NCBI GenBank assembly: GCA_963762565.1
Contig: CAVXLD010000007.1
Coordinates: forward strand, 192,001-256,000
DNA from: an uncultured Verrucomicrobiae bacterium
Lineage (GTDB): Bacteria; Verrucomicrobiota; Verrucomicrobiia; Chthoniobacterales; JAFAMB01
Length of the DNA stretch: 64,000 bases
Direction of reading: 5' to 3'
This document shows positions 47,733 to 57,319 of the stretch, piece after piece; position 1 is the stretch's first letter, and every line of letters begins with the position of its first letter. Under the pieces are notes generated by a model. It was given only the letters and a program-made list of their open reading frames with translations, was not told where the DNA came from and did no database searches. The position numbers were made by a program, and so were the translations under genes.

Positions 47733-47736
47733 CGCC

Positions 47737-48294
47737 GTGAACGCCCTCACCGCTGTGAACGCCGTGAACGCAAAACCGTCCGCCGGCGTTTTTGTAAGGT
47801 TTCGACGGCGGCAACCTACCGCTCGCCGAACGGGGGCTTTTACGTTGCTCGAGATTTGTTTTGTATTGTTTATCGTGGCCGTTCTATTCGCGGTAGCTGC
47901 GCCGCCCGTCGCCAAACAGTTTCAGGAGGAACAAATCAGGAAGCCGGTACGCGAACTTCAGAGTTTCGCTAAAACGGCTCGGCGACTCGCTATGGAACAA
48001 GACCGCGCTTATGTGATTCTTCTATTGGACACCGGGTACCTGTTAGAACCGTTGGAGAAGAAGGATGGAGACGCCCAATCGCTTCGCTACGATCTGCCGG
48101 CCGGGGTTAAGTTCGAGATTCAGCGGCCTGCAGATCGCGGTTTGAAGGCCGTGGCAGACGCGCGCTGGATATTCACGCCCAACGGCCTCTGTGAGCCAAT
48201 TACCTTCTTTTTCCAACGCAACCAGGATTGGGTCCGATTTAGGATCGATGCGCTGACGGCGAGGATGGAGAACGAGGAATCGTTTATCCGATGA
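47737..48294 (+). CDS. gspH: Minor pseudopilin (GspH-like)
   Basis: GA|FTLLE motif followed by a hydrophobic helix; position in the cluster. Confidence 0.75.
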   Translation: MNALTAVNAVNAKPSAGVFVRFRRRQPTARRTGAFTLLEICFVLFIVAVLFAVAAPPVAKQFQEEQIRKPVRELQSFAKTARRLAMEQDRAYVILLLDTGYLLEPLEKKDGDAQSLRYDLPAGVKFEIQRPADRGLKAVADARWIFTPNGLCEPITFFFQRNQDWVRFRIDALTARMENEESFIR

Positions 48295-48698
48295 GCCCAC
48301 AGACCATAACCCGAGTTCGGCCGGCCGACAGGAACGGTTTTGTGCTTTGGGAAATGTTGCTGGGTCTGGCCATTTTTTGTATTGGCGCGATTGCCCTTAC
48401 CATGGCGCTTCAGCAAGCCGTCGATACAGTGATCTTGATCCATGACGAGTCGGAAGTTCGCCAGGACCTAGAAAGCATTCTAGCGGAGGCAAGCTCCATT
48501 AAATTGCAACCAGGGAAAACAGCGATTTTCATGGGAGATCACCGTATTCAGTATGAGCGAGAGGTAGTTTCGCTTCCTGCTAAGAACTGGAAAGGCCAAG
48601 CGGTGGCGAATCTCTGGAAGGTAACCGTGCGAGCAACCTGGTCAGCAAGGAACCGGGTTCGAACGAGCGAAGCCCAGGAGGTTCTTTTCCAGCCATGA
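48291..48698 (+). CDS. gspI: Minor pseudopilin (GspI-like)
   Basis: G|FVLWE motif; position in the cluster. Confidence 0.7.
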   Translation: MSPQTITRVRPADRNGFVLWEMLLGLAIFCIGAIALTMALQQAVDTVILIHDESEVRQDLESILAEASSIKLQPGKTAIFMGDHRIQYEREVVSLPAKNWKGQAVANLWKVTVRATWSARNRVRTSEAQEVLFQP

Positions 48699-49411
48699 AA
48701 AGCATTTCTCCTATCTGGTTTGACGTTTCCGATGTCTGGCTGGCTAGCGGTGTGCCTCGGCGTACGAACTCGCCCCACGCAAGAAACGTCAAACCAGATA
48801 GGAGAAATGCTAGCGGCTATCTGCTTCTCGAGGTTCTTCTAGCACTGGTAGTCCTATCGATCATCGTCGGCCTTGTTTTCCGGATCATCCAAACAACGTC
48901 AACGGTGACTTCGAATGTGCAGTTCCTCCAATCCCAGCAAGAACACAGCGATGGCATCTACGAAATCTTAAGGAAAGACATCGAGTCTCTACCGGCTACG
49001 GCAGAGTTTCAGACCAAGCGAACCAGGGATGATTTCGAGCTGATTTTTGATGAGGCATCCTTCAACTTTTCGTGGAAAGGCGTGAATTCGGGGTTCGGGA
49101 CGGTAGTCCTCGCAGTGAAAAACCAACCGGACGGCCGTTTCAGCCTGGTAGCAACCGAGATACCAGAACCTCCTGTATCCGATCCGGATGCGACCGCTCC
49201 TCCACCGATCATTACAACGCTGATAACCGGTCTGGTCCGCTGTGATTGGCGGTTTTTCGATCGGAATTCAGGAAGGTGGGTCACGAATTGGACGACCGGT
49301 GCAGAGAAACCAACTCTCTTCGAGTGTACATTTCAGGTAAGTGGGCAGCCGGCGCCGGTGCGAGCGGTGTTTCCTTGGAGGGTGGCCGCGACAAACGTTG
49401 GCGGCGCGTAG
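48695..49411 (+). CDS. gspJ: Minor pseudopilin (GspJ-like)
   Basis: G|YLLLE motif; WVTNW near the C-terminus. Confidence 0.75.
   Translation: MKSISPIWFDVSDVWLASGVPRRTNSPHARNVKPDRRNASGYLLLEVLLALVVLSIIVGLVFRIIQTTSTVTSNVQFLQSQQEHSDGIYEILRKDIESLPATAEFQTKRTRDDFELIFDEASFNFSWKGVNSGFGTVVLAVKNQPDGRFSLVATEIPEPPVSDPDATAPPPIITTLITGLVRCDWRFFDRNSGRWVTNWTTGAEKPTLFECTFQVSGQPAPVRAVFPWRVAATNVGGA
48701..48811. repeat. 111-bp palindromic element inside the gspJ leader
   Basis: Perfect 29-bp arms at 48701-48729 and 48783-48811. Confidence 0.85.
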
Positions 49412-49424
49412 AGGAGACTGAGGT

Positions 49425-50561
49425 ATGTCAACTCCCCGCAGAGCAATGAACAACGATGATCGTCTGGGTTTTGGGATCGCGGCTACGGAGCTTTTACACC
49501 CAAGACTGACGGCTCGGCAGTTTCACGGTCCAATCGAATCAGGGATATCAAACCGTCGACAACTCCGGCCGAAGTACTCGATCATTCGGGAGCCTCGCCC
49601 CACCAATCACCAATCACCAATCACGACTCACCTCTCACGCCAGAGGGGTTCCGCTCTTTTGCTCGTGCTTTTTACTCTGCTGCTAATCTCGGGCTTAATA
49701 CTCAGCGCTTTGAGTTTCCTGGAGTCTGGCGTGGAAGACTACGGGGCCCTGAATCATCAGTTCCGCGCCAGGCAGTTGGCCAGGTCCGGCTTGGCTTTTG
49801 GCCTGAATCCGCAGGTCGCCAATCAAGATACCCCGCTATTAAACCAGAAATTCAAACCGAATGGTGAATTCCATGTCGTGATCAGCAGTGAATCGACCAA
49901 GCTGAACATCAACACCCTCTTGGAACAACAGCGGGACGACATTCTGCAGACTTTGTTTTTGCAATGGAACGTGCCGTTGAAGGCAGTGAACAACGTAATC
50001 AACGGCTTGAAGAAATGGACCAATGGTAACCAGGAAATTCAGCCGGTTGGGACCAACCAGCAGGCTGCGCCGTCGCAGGAAGCAGGAGTCCAGACTGGCC
50101 AGCAGGAAGGGATTGAGTTAGTCCGGCCGTTTATGGCTGTCTCGGAGATGGCGGAGGTGCCTGGGTTTAACGCGGTCATCGAGGCAAAACCGGACTGGGC
50201 CGACTATTTCACGGTATGGAGTGATGGCACCATTGATGTGAACCTGGCCGACCCCAGCATGATTTCGCTGGTGACTGGGGTCACTTTGGCGCAAGCCAGA
50301 CAGTTTGTTCAACACATCTGGGGACCGGACGGAATTCCATTTACAAGTGATGATCAACCTTACCAGAATTGGAGCGACGTTATGCTGCGCCTGGGTATGT
50401 CCTCGCAACAATTTCAGATCGTGCAAAATCTCCTAAGCTTATCGAGCTCGGTGGATCGCGTGGACAGTACGGGGACGGTCGGAAAGTATTCGACGACCAT
50501 CTCAGTGGTCGCGAAGCGATCCTCGATTCCGGTATCTTATTTGTTATGGCAGGAAAAATAG
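49425..50561 (+). CDS. gspK: Minor pseudopilin GspK
   Basis: RQRG|SALLLVL, ESTKLNIN and GTIDVNLA motifs. Confidence 0.85.
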   Translation: MSTPRRAMNNDDRLGFGIAATELLHPRLTARQFHGPIESGISNRRQLRPKYSIIREPRPTNHQSPITTHLSRQRGSALLLVLFTLLLISGLILSALSFLESGVEDYGALNHQFRARQLARSGLAFGLNPQVANQDTPLLNQKFKPNGEFHVVISSESTKLNINTLLEQQRDDILQTLFLQWNVPLKAVNNVINGLKKWTNGNQEIQPVGTNQQAAPSQEAGVQTGQQEGIELVRPFMAVSEMAEVPGFNAVIEAKPDWADYFTVWSDGTIDVNLADPSMISLVTGVTLAQARQFVQHIWGPDGIPFTSDDQPYQNWSDVMLRLGMSSQQFQIVQNLLSLSSSVDRVDSTGTVGKYSTTISVVAKRSSIPVSYLLWQEK

Positions 50562-51772
50562 AGCGCGGCCAAGTCTCCCTCGTTCGCTGCATGAACGGCA
50601 GTTGGGAGCTCTGGAATTTTCCAGCTTCTAAACGAGCGCAATTTGTCCGGAAGATCGACAGCCCGAAAGGGGTAGCCGGCCACGTTGTGGTCGCGCTTCC
50701 TTTGCGGCAAACCGTGAGCTACGCCACCTGGGTGCCAACTGCGGATAGGAAAGTTGTGCCGGAGATGGTCCAAATGCAGCTAGAGAAACGCGGCTTGTTG
50801 CAACGCCAGAGTGTCTCCTCCTCACTGGATGTCCGGATTTTGGAGGTACAGGAGGAAAGATCTCTCGCGCTGGGCATCGTGCTTTTGCCAGACCTGGCAC
50901 CCGAGCTCGCTATGGAGAACGCCATACGCTTTGAGCCAGAGCCATTTACATTACCGCTGCCTCAAGATCGACTCATCGTATGGCGGGAACGTCAGCGTTT
51001 GGCAGTAACCATCAGCCGTGGGCGGGATCCGATCCATTTTCAAACCCTCTCCGCAGAAGAGGTCTCGGACGAGAGCGTGAACGAGATCCGCTGCATCCTG
51101 CTTCAATTGGAATCCCAACACATGATCAACGAATTACTTGGTCTGGCGATTTGGGGGGATTTCACCGATGAAGAAGTGGCGCGGTTGCAACAAGGTCTTG
51201 GTCTCAAGACGTTTCGAGAGTCTGTTCCACCGCCGAGCCTGCCGGCGACGCAGTCCAGATTGGTCCCGCCTCAGGTTTCTGTTCTCCACGAAAAGGCCAG
51301 GCGCCGTCGCCGAGTTCGCCGTATCATAGCCCTGGCTACCGGGCTTTACTTGCTCGGGATTCTGGCGTTCATCGCCTATATTTTTTGGCAGCAAGACCGA
51401 ATCACTCAATTACAAAACCAGTTGAGCGCGGAGCTTCCCACCGTGAGTGCGGTCCAGGGAACGGCGGATCAATGGCGCAAGGTTGAATGGGCGGTCGACC
51501 CTAAGCTCTACGCGGTGGAGCTTTTGCACCAAGTTGCCGGTCTACTTCCTGAAATGGGAATGCGATTGACTTCTTTCCAGATTGAGAAGGGCAAGGTCGT
51601 CCTCCACGGCGAAGCCAGCACCGCAGCGGCGGCTTTCAAATTTAATGAGGATATCAAGCAAAATGCCGCTCTGAAGTTATTTAAATGGGACATGAAAAGC
51701 CCCAGTCTGCGCCCGGATGGTCGAGCGGAATTCATTATAGAAGGAGAACCTACCGTTGCCAAAGTGGAATAA
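50546..51772 (+). CDS. gspL: T2SS GspL/PilN-like inner membrane platform protein
   Basis: Cytoplasmic domain, one TM after RRRRRVRR, and a periplasmic MRLTSFQIEKGKVVLHGEA segment. Confidence 0.65.
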   Translation: MAGKIERGQVSLVRCMNGSWELWNFPASKRAQFVRKIDSPKGVAGHVVVALPLRQTVSYATWVPTADRKVVPEMVQMQLEKRGLLQRQSVSSSLDVRILEVQEERSLALGIVLLPDLAPELAMENAIRFEPEPFTLPLPQDRLIVWRERQRLAVTISRGRDPIHFQTLSAEEVSDESVNEIRCILLQLESQHMINELLGLAIWGDFTDEEVARLQQGLGLKTFRESVPPPSLPATQSRLVPPQVSVLHEKARRRRRVRRIIALATGLYLLGILAFIAYIFWQQDRITQLQNQLSAELPTVSAVQGTADQWRKVEWAVDPKLYAVELLHQVAGLLPEMGMRLTSFQIEKGKVVLHGEASTAAAAFKFNEDIKQNAALKLFKWDMKSPSLRPDGRAEFIIEGEPTVAKVE

Positions 51773-52283
51773 GAACGAGAAACGATTGTTCATCTTTCTG
51801 GGGCTGGCCCTCTTTGTGATGGGCACCTTCTATCTGGTCAGCTATCTGCTCGATATTGAATCCGGACTAGCCCTTAAGATCCGGGGCCTGGAAGCGAACG
51901 CCAATACCGACCAGGTCTGGCTCCGAGAAAAACAATTCTGGCTCGACCGAAAGAAGTGGATTGACCAAAAGCAGCCCAAAGTAGCGCCCGGCGGTGTGCC
52001 GCAATCCGAGCTTTTGCAGTCGCTGACCGCGAGCGCTCAGAATCACAAGCTGACCATCCAGGAACAGGGTTTTGCTGACGCTAAGAGCACTGCGAACTAC
52101 CAGGCAGTCGCCGTGCGTTTGAAACTGACCGGCACGCTGGAGGATGTCGTACGCTGGCTGGTGGACGTCCAGCAACCGGATAAATTTCAAGCGGTGACCA
52201 CTTTTTCTTTGAAAAGCCAGGAGAAACCGCCTGCGGTCGATCTGGAATTAGAAGTTGCACGTTGGTACTCGCCTCATGCGTAA
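51756..52283 (+). CDS. gspM: T2SS GspM/PilO-like protein
   Basis: NKNEKRL followed by a TM helix; VRLKLTGTLEDVVRWL. Confidence 0.65.
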   Translation: MPKWNKNEKRLFIFLGLALFVMGTFYLVSYLLDIESGLALKIRGLEANANTDQVWLREKQFWLDRKKWIDQKQPKVAPGGVPQSELLQSLTASAQNHKLTIQEQGFADAKSTANYQAVAVRLKLTGTLEDVVRWLVDVQQPDKFQAVTTFSLKSQEKPPAVDLELEVARWYSPHA

Positions 52284-52305
52284 AGAAATAGTAGAGAAGC
52301 AAACC

Positions 52306-53034
52306 ATGCGGAATCTAACCCTAGCCCGCAAAACTCGGACGATGGCCGCGCTTTTGGCCGGGTGCTGGCTGCTGGCGGGAACCGGTCGCTCGGACGATAC
52401 GTTACCGAAAGGGTTCGAAGTTAGCCGTTATCAGTCCGTTTGGGAGCGAAACCCATTTACACTAGTAACCCCGTCGCTCGGACAGGCAGCATCGGCCTTC
52501 TCAAAATTGATCCTGGTTAACTGGCTGCACGACAAGGGAAAGGATATCCTGTTTGTCGAAGATACTGAAACCAACGAGGTAAAAAAGGTCACGAAGGAAG
52601 AGGGCGCAAATTCGGATCAATTACGATTGATCGAGGTCGTGCCCAACAAGAATCCAAGCCTGATTTTTGCGAAGCTGACGAATGGGAGGGAAGAAGGCAT
52701 CGTCAAATTCAAGTTTGATCAGGGGAATACGCAGGCAGTAAATCAAAACCTAGGCATGCCAAGGGTTCCGGGCCAACCCCCCATTGGCCCAAATGGCCGG
52801 CCGTTTGGTAACACGCCGGGCGGCCCGGCGCGTAGAACGCCGCAGCTACCGGCTGGAGTAACCCAGCCGAACTTCCAACAGGCGCCGGCGAATGCTCCCA
52901 ATGCGCAAGAGATTCGTCGCCGACGAATGCTGCCAACGCCAACCCAGAACCTGGTTCCGCAAAACAACGCTCCGCAAGTAAACGGTCAGCCAAATAACAA
53001 TCCGGCTGCGGAATCCGACGACGACGACGATTAA
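52306..53034 (+). CDS. Hypothetical T2SS accessory protein (GspC-like position) with a Pro/Gln-rich tail
   Basis: N-terminal hydrophobic segment and WERNPF motif; lies between gspM and gspD. Confidence 0.55.
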   Translation: MRNLTLARKTRTMAALLAGCWLLAGTGRSDDTLPKGFEVSRYQSVWERNPFTLVTPSLGQAASAFSKLILVNWLHDKGKDILFVEDTETNEVKKVTKEEGANSDQLRLIEVVPNKNPSLIFAKLTNGREEGIVKFKFDQGNTQAVNQNLGMPRVPGQPPIGPNGRPFGNTPGGPARRTPQLPAGVTQPNFQQAPANAPNAQEIRRRRMLPTPTQNLVPQNNAPQVNGQPNNNPAAESDDDDD

Positions 53035-53036
53035 AC

Positions 53037-55448
53037 ATGAAAACATCCCGGCTTCTCCTTCTCGGGCTTCTACTCCCCAGCTTGTGTTGCAGCTCTGGCT
53101 GGGCCCAGGTCAAGACCGACTCAAATCCAGGGGACCCGCCCCCAGTAGGGCCGACCCGGAACCTTGGAGCTCCGATTACCAAGGGAACTCCGGTGACTAC
53201 GGGACCTGGTGTGACTACGGGACCTGGGGTGAGTACAGATCTGAGCTCTGACACCTCGACATTCTCGGCGGTTAACAGTCCCATCACAACGATCTTGCAA
53301 GACTATCAGGAGTTGACCGGCAAGACCGTCATCGAAGATAGCAATCTGAGCGCGAACGCGGTTCCGATCACGATCATGGTTCCTAACCCCGTGCCACGTG
53401 AGCAGTTGGTTCGGTTGATAGAAGCAGCGCTTTTGCTTAACAACTATGCTTTCGTTCCCGGGCCCAGCGAGAACACGGTTAAAGTCATCAATTTGAATAC
53501 CGGCAAGAACCCGCGAAGTGAAGGGGTTCGCCTTTATACCACGCCGGATAGCCTGCCCGAAGGCGAGCAGATTGTGAGTTACTATATGCCGCTGAATTAT
53601 ATTTCAGCGACGGAAGCGCTTTCCGTTTTTCAGACCCATGTTTTACCTCGGGCATATACCGCTTTTGTGCCGGTAAACAGTGCGCAAGCGATCGTGATCA
53701 CCGAGAATACCAGTGTCATTAGAGAGCTGATTGCGCTGAAACAATTAATCGATGTCCCGCCGGCAGCCACGGCCACCGAGTTTATCCAACTGATTCGAGC
53801 AGACGCGGAAAAGGTTACCGACACCCTTAACAAACTGTTGGAAAATTCGCAGAAAGGGACGGGAGGCGCGCAGACCCCGGGTGCTCCTGGCAACGTGCAA
53901 GTCAATTACAACACAGGCAATTCCGGCATCGCCGGCTTACAAGCACAACTCGTTGCGGATGCCAGGACAAATCGAATCCTGGTGGTTACCCGGCCCCAGA
54001 ACATGGGGCAACTGAAGGCGCTGATTGAATCTTTCGACCAAGCGAACCTGGCGGAGAAACCGCTCGAGTACAAGCTTCGATATGTGTCGGCGGGCGATCT
54101 TCTACCGGTGCTCCGTGACCTTTTAACCGAGGAGCCGGAAAAAGGCGGCCAAGGCGGGGCCGGCGGGACGGGTGGCGGCATTAGCGGTGGACAGCAGCAA
54201 CAACAGCAGCCGTCCCAGCAACGATCGATCAGTAGCACTCCGAGCTCAGGCTCAAGCGGTAGTAGCTACGCCGGTGGATACTCTCAAACCAATGCCGCCG
54301 GCGGCGGTAACCAGCAGGGGCAGGATCTGCTTCAGGATCCAAACGAGGAACTCGGGCCGCAGTCGATCGTGGTTGGCAAGACCCGGGTGATTTCCGACGC
54401 GAAAGATAACAAGATCATCGTGATTGGTCCGCCCGAGAGCATCGAAAAAGTGCGCAATCTGCTCGTACGCTTGGATGAGAGGCCACAACAAGTCTACCTG
54501 GCGACCGTCATCGGGAATTTGCAACTCAACGGTGAGACTGATATGGGCGTGGATTGGGCCCAGACGTTTAAGAAGATCTCCGGTGTAAGTAGTGGAATCG
54601 CATCCGCCAACCTCAATAGTAATGTTAACGGACAATCGCTTATCGGTACTAATCCGAATGGTAGCAGCACCACCGGAGTAGTTGACCCGGCGTCGATTCT
54701 CGGTACTGCGATGGTGCCTGGTCTGCAGGGGCTGGCTATCTACGGAAAGATCGGCGACGCGTTAAGTGTATTCATCCGGGCGCTTGATAGCCGGAGCCAC
54801 TTCACGATTCTGGCGCGCCCAGCGGTCTATACAGCAAACAATAAACGGGCGGTGATTTCGAACGGCCAACAAGTCCCCATTCCGGGAACTTCTCTTTCTA
54901 ACGTTCCGACCACGGGGGTCACGGGTACAACCGCGGGCTCGGTCGCTTCAGTAGAATCTACCGTGCAATATGAAGACGTTGAGCTTCGGCTGGAGGTAAT
55001 TCCCCTGATCAACTCGAACAACGAAGTTACCTTAAAGATCGCTCAGATTAATAATACTCTTGGTAACAACGTTAATATTTCTGGAAACGAAGTCCCGATC
55101 ATCAATAGCCAGCGTTTAACTACGACGGTAACGATTCCGAGCGGTGCGACCGTCGTTTTAGGAGGATTGATCCAGGATAATATTCAAAAAACAGATAACG
55201 GAATACCCTATGTGGATAACATCCCGTATCTGGGACATTTGTTTAAATACACCACTCGGATCAAGAACCGGACAGAGCTGTTGATCTTCATTCAGCCCAC
55301 GATTGTGGATAACAACGTCGAAGCTTACCGAGCCAGCTTGAAAGAAGAGAAACGGTCTGTGGTCGGCTCTGAAATGAGCGATCTAGCTCATCCCCCCGAT
55401 TACGCGCAACCCGGGCCCACCGGGAAGAAGCTGAAGAACCAGAAGTAG
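53037..55448 (+). CDS. gspD: Type II secretion secretin
   Basis: N-domains (ADARTNRILV) and secretin motifs LEVIPLIN, VVLGGLI, IPYLGHLF and RTELLIFIQP. Confidence 0.93.
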   Translation: MKTSRLLLLGLLLPSLCCSSGWAQVKTDSNPGDPPPVGPTRNLGAPITKGTPVTTGPGVTTGPGVSTDLSSDTSTFSAVNSPITTILQDYQELTGKTVIEDSNLSANAVPITIMVPNPVPREQLVRLIEAALLLNNYAFVPGPSENTVKVINLNTGKNPRSEGVRLYTTPDSLPEGEQIVSYYMPLNYISATEALSVFQTHVLPRAYTAFVPVNSAQAIVITENTSVIRELIALKQLIDVPPAATATEFIQLIRADAEKVTDTLNKLLENSQKGTGGAQTPGAPGNVQVNYNTGNSGIAGLQAQLVADARTNRILVVTRPQNMGQLKALIESFDQANLAEKPLEYKLRYVSAGDLLPVLRDLLTEEPEKGGQGGAGGTGGGISGGQQQQQQPSQQRSISSTPSSGSSGSSYAGGYSQTNAAGGGNQQGQDLLQDPNEELGPQSIVVGKTRVISDAKDNKIIVIGPPESIEKVRNLLVRLDERPQQVYLATVIGNLQLNGETDMGVDWAQTFKKISGVSSGIASANLNSNVNGQSLIGTNPNGSSTTGVVDPASILGTAMVPGLQGLAIYGKIGDALSVFIRALDSRSHFTILARPAVYTANNKRAVISNGQQVPIPGTSLSNVPTTGVTGTTAGSVASVESTVQYEDVELRLEVIPLINSNNEVTLKIAQINNTLGNNVNISGNEVPIINSQRLTTTVTIPSGATVVLGGLIQDNIQKTDNGIPYVDNIPYLGHLFKYTTRIKNRTELLIFIQPTIVDNNVEAYRASLKEEKRSVVGSEMSDLAHPPDYAQPGPTGKKLKNQK

Positions 55449-55583
55449 ACTTCGTCGTGAGAGGTGAGAAGTGATTAGTGAGAGGTGAGAGGTTGGCACG
55501 GCGCAACCTCGGGCGCCTTGCTCACCAATCATCTATCGCCTCTCACGTCTCACCAATCACTTCTCACCTCTCACCCGCAGGGA

Positions 55584-56969
55584 CTACTCGGCGTGGAAAT
55601 CCGGCACAGCGCCGGCAACCTTCTTTCCCCGGTGCCAAACGGAGGCGATCTTCTCCGTGTTAGTTATATCGTCCAAAGGATTTGCGGTCAGGACGATAAA
55701 ATCGGCCAGTTTTCCTGGTTGTAAGGTTCCCCGATCTGTAAGCTCTAGCAAAGCCGCTGCTCGGCTCGTCGCGCAGTTAATCGCCTGTAACGGTGTGAGG
55801 CCGCTTGCGACCATCAATTGCAATTCCCGGTGTTCGGCAAACCCAGGGATCCGTGGAGGGATGGCCCCGGAATCAGTGCCGAAGGCAACTTTGACTCCGG
55901 CATCGTAAAGGGCTTTTACATTCGCCTGGTTGGTTGCGACCGCTTTCTTAAAAATTGCGACCCTCGGACTCTTCAGTGTCTTCTCTAAATATGCCGGATC
56001 ACTTAGTTGAGCCTTCAGCGCGGGCTGAAGTGCGTTTTGAAAGAAAGGCTCTTTTGTCCAGGCTGGTTGTTCCGCAAAGATATAGGAACATTCATCCAGA
56101 TTAATAGTGGGGATATACCAAGCCGACCGAGCTTTCATCTCGTCAATGAATTCAGCGTCAACCGGCCGATCGCGGACGCCATGCGCAATGATGTCGACTC
56201 CGGCTCGAAGTACCGCTTTCGCGTCTTCCAGGTAGTAAATGTGAGACGCCACCCGAAGGCCGGCCCGATGCGCCTCATCGATGACCGCGGTATAAATCTC
56301 CGGCTTCATTTTCGGGGAGGTTCCAAGCAAATCGTCGACCCAGATTTTTATGAGATCCGGATGGCCAGCTGCAATCTCTCTGACTGCGGTTCTCGCTTCT
56401 TCGGGGGTTTCGGGCCGATAGAGTTGATCCGCGGTAACCGGTATCATGGCTGCGGGAGGAGCGCCTAACGGAGCACCGATACCACGAAAAGCTCCAAACA
56501 GGTCGGCTCCGGGAGACTTGGCTGCGTGTTGTTCAGCGCGCAGCGGATAAAATAGACTGCCGTTCAATCCTAGGGCTGTGACCGTGGTGACCCCGTACGC
56601 TTCATATTGGCGCAGCTCGCGAAGAATATTTTGGCGATTGTAATTCTCCGGCTTAATCGAGACGCCATCTACAAGCCCAACGTGTGAATGGTCTGAGATC
56701 AGCCCGGGAATAATCGTTTGTCCATGACAATCGATGACGGCAGCATCCTTAGGGAAATTCACTGAGTCAGCTGGTCCAATTGCGGTAATCGTCTCCCCTT
56801 GGATTACCAAGGCGGCATTTTCCAGCGGCGCCTGACCTGTGCCATCAATCAGCCGAGCGCCGATCAAGGCCACAGTGTGGCCGCCTTCCTGAGCGGTTAA
56901 TATCCTGGGTGCGCTTGAGAGTACCCCAAGCAGAAAGCACAGCGGAAAACGACAGATCTTTAAGCACAT
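55584..56969 (-). CDS. Exported amidohydrolase family protein
   Basis: ARLIDGTG, PGLISDHSH, AFGTDSG and GTLQPGKLADF motifs. Confidence 0.88.
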   Translation of the reverse strand: MCLKICRFPLCFLLGVLSSAPRILTAQEGGHTVALIGARLIDGTGQAPLENAALVIQGETITAIGPADSVNFPKDAAVIDCHGQTIIPGLISDHSHVGLVDGVSIKPENYNRQNILRELRQYEAYGVTTVTALGLNGSLFYPLRAEQHAAKSPGADLFGAFRGIGAPLGAPPAAMIPVTADQLYRPETPEEARTAVREIAAGHPDLIKIWVDDLLGTSPKMKPEIYTAVIDEAHRAGLRVASHIYYLEDAKAVLRAGVDIIAHGVRDRPVDAEFIDEMKARSAWYIPTINLDECSYIFAEQPAWTKEPFFQNALQPALKAQLSDPAYLEKTLKSPRVAIFKKAVATNQANVKALYDAGVKVAFGTDSGAIPPRIPGFAEHRELQLMVASGLTPLQAINCATSRAAALLELTDRGTLQPGKLADFIVLTANPLDDITNTEKIASVWHRGKKVAGAVPDFHAE

Positions 56970-57319
56970 ACCTGGTGAGTTTGGGGGGATTGAATTCAAG
57001 AATCCGGTCCATCCGAATCCTGCCGCTGAGAACTTAGGCCCATCGAGCATAATTGCTCAAATGATTGTTGGGATGAGGCACATGTACTGACATGAGGTCG
57101 GAGCCTTGGGAAGAGAAAGTAGTCGTCGTCCTACGGCCGCGGAAAGGCTAAACTCTACGCAGTTTTCAGCAAATCCGCTTGCAAGTTCAGCTCCGAAGTT
57201 GTTGTTTTGGCCCGGAAGTCGACTGATTTACTGGTGATCGGCACGGCGAGCGATGTAACCAGGGTCGTCCATAATGCGTTTGGCAGCGACGCGGCAGACG
57301 CTGCTACCAGTTAGGACTT

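Noticed and set aside
57225..57312. Riboswitch upstream of the MFS gene
   Set aside because: There is some hairpin potential but no consensus I can match; an Rfam scan would decide.
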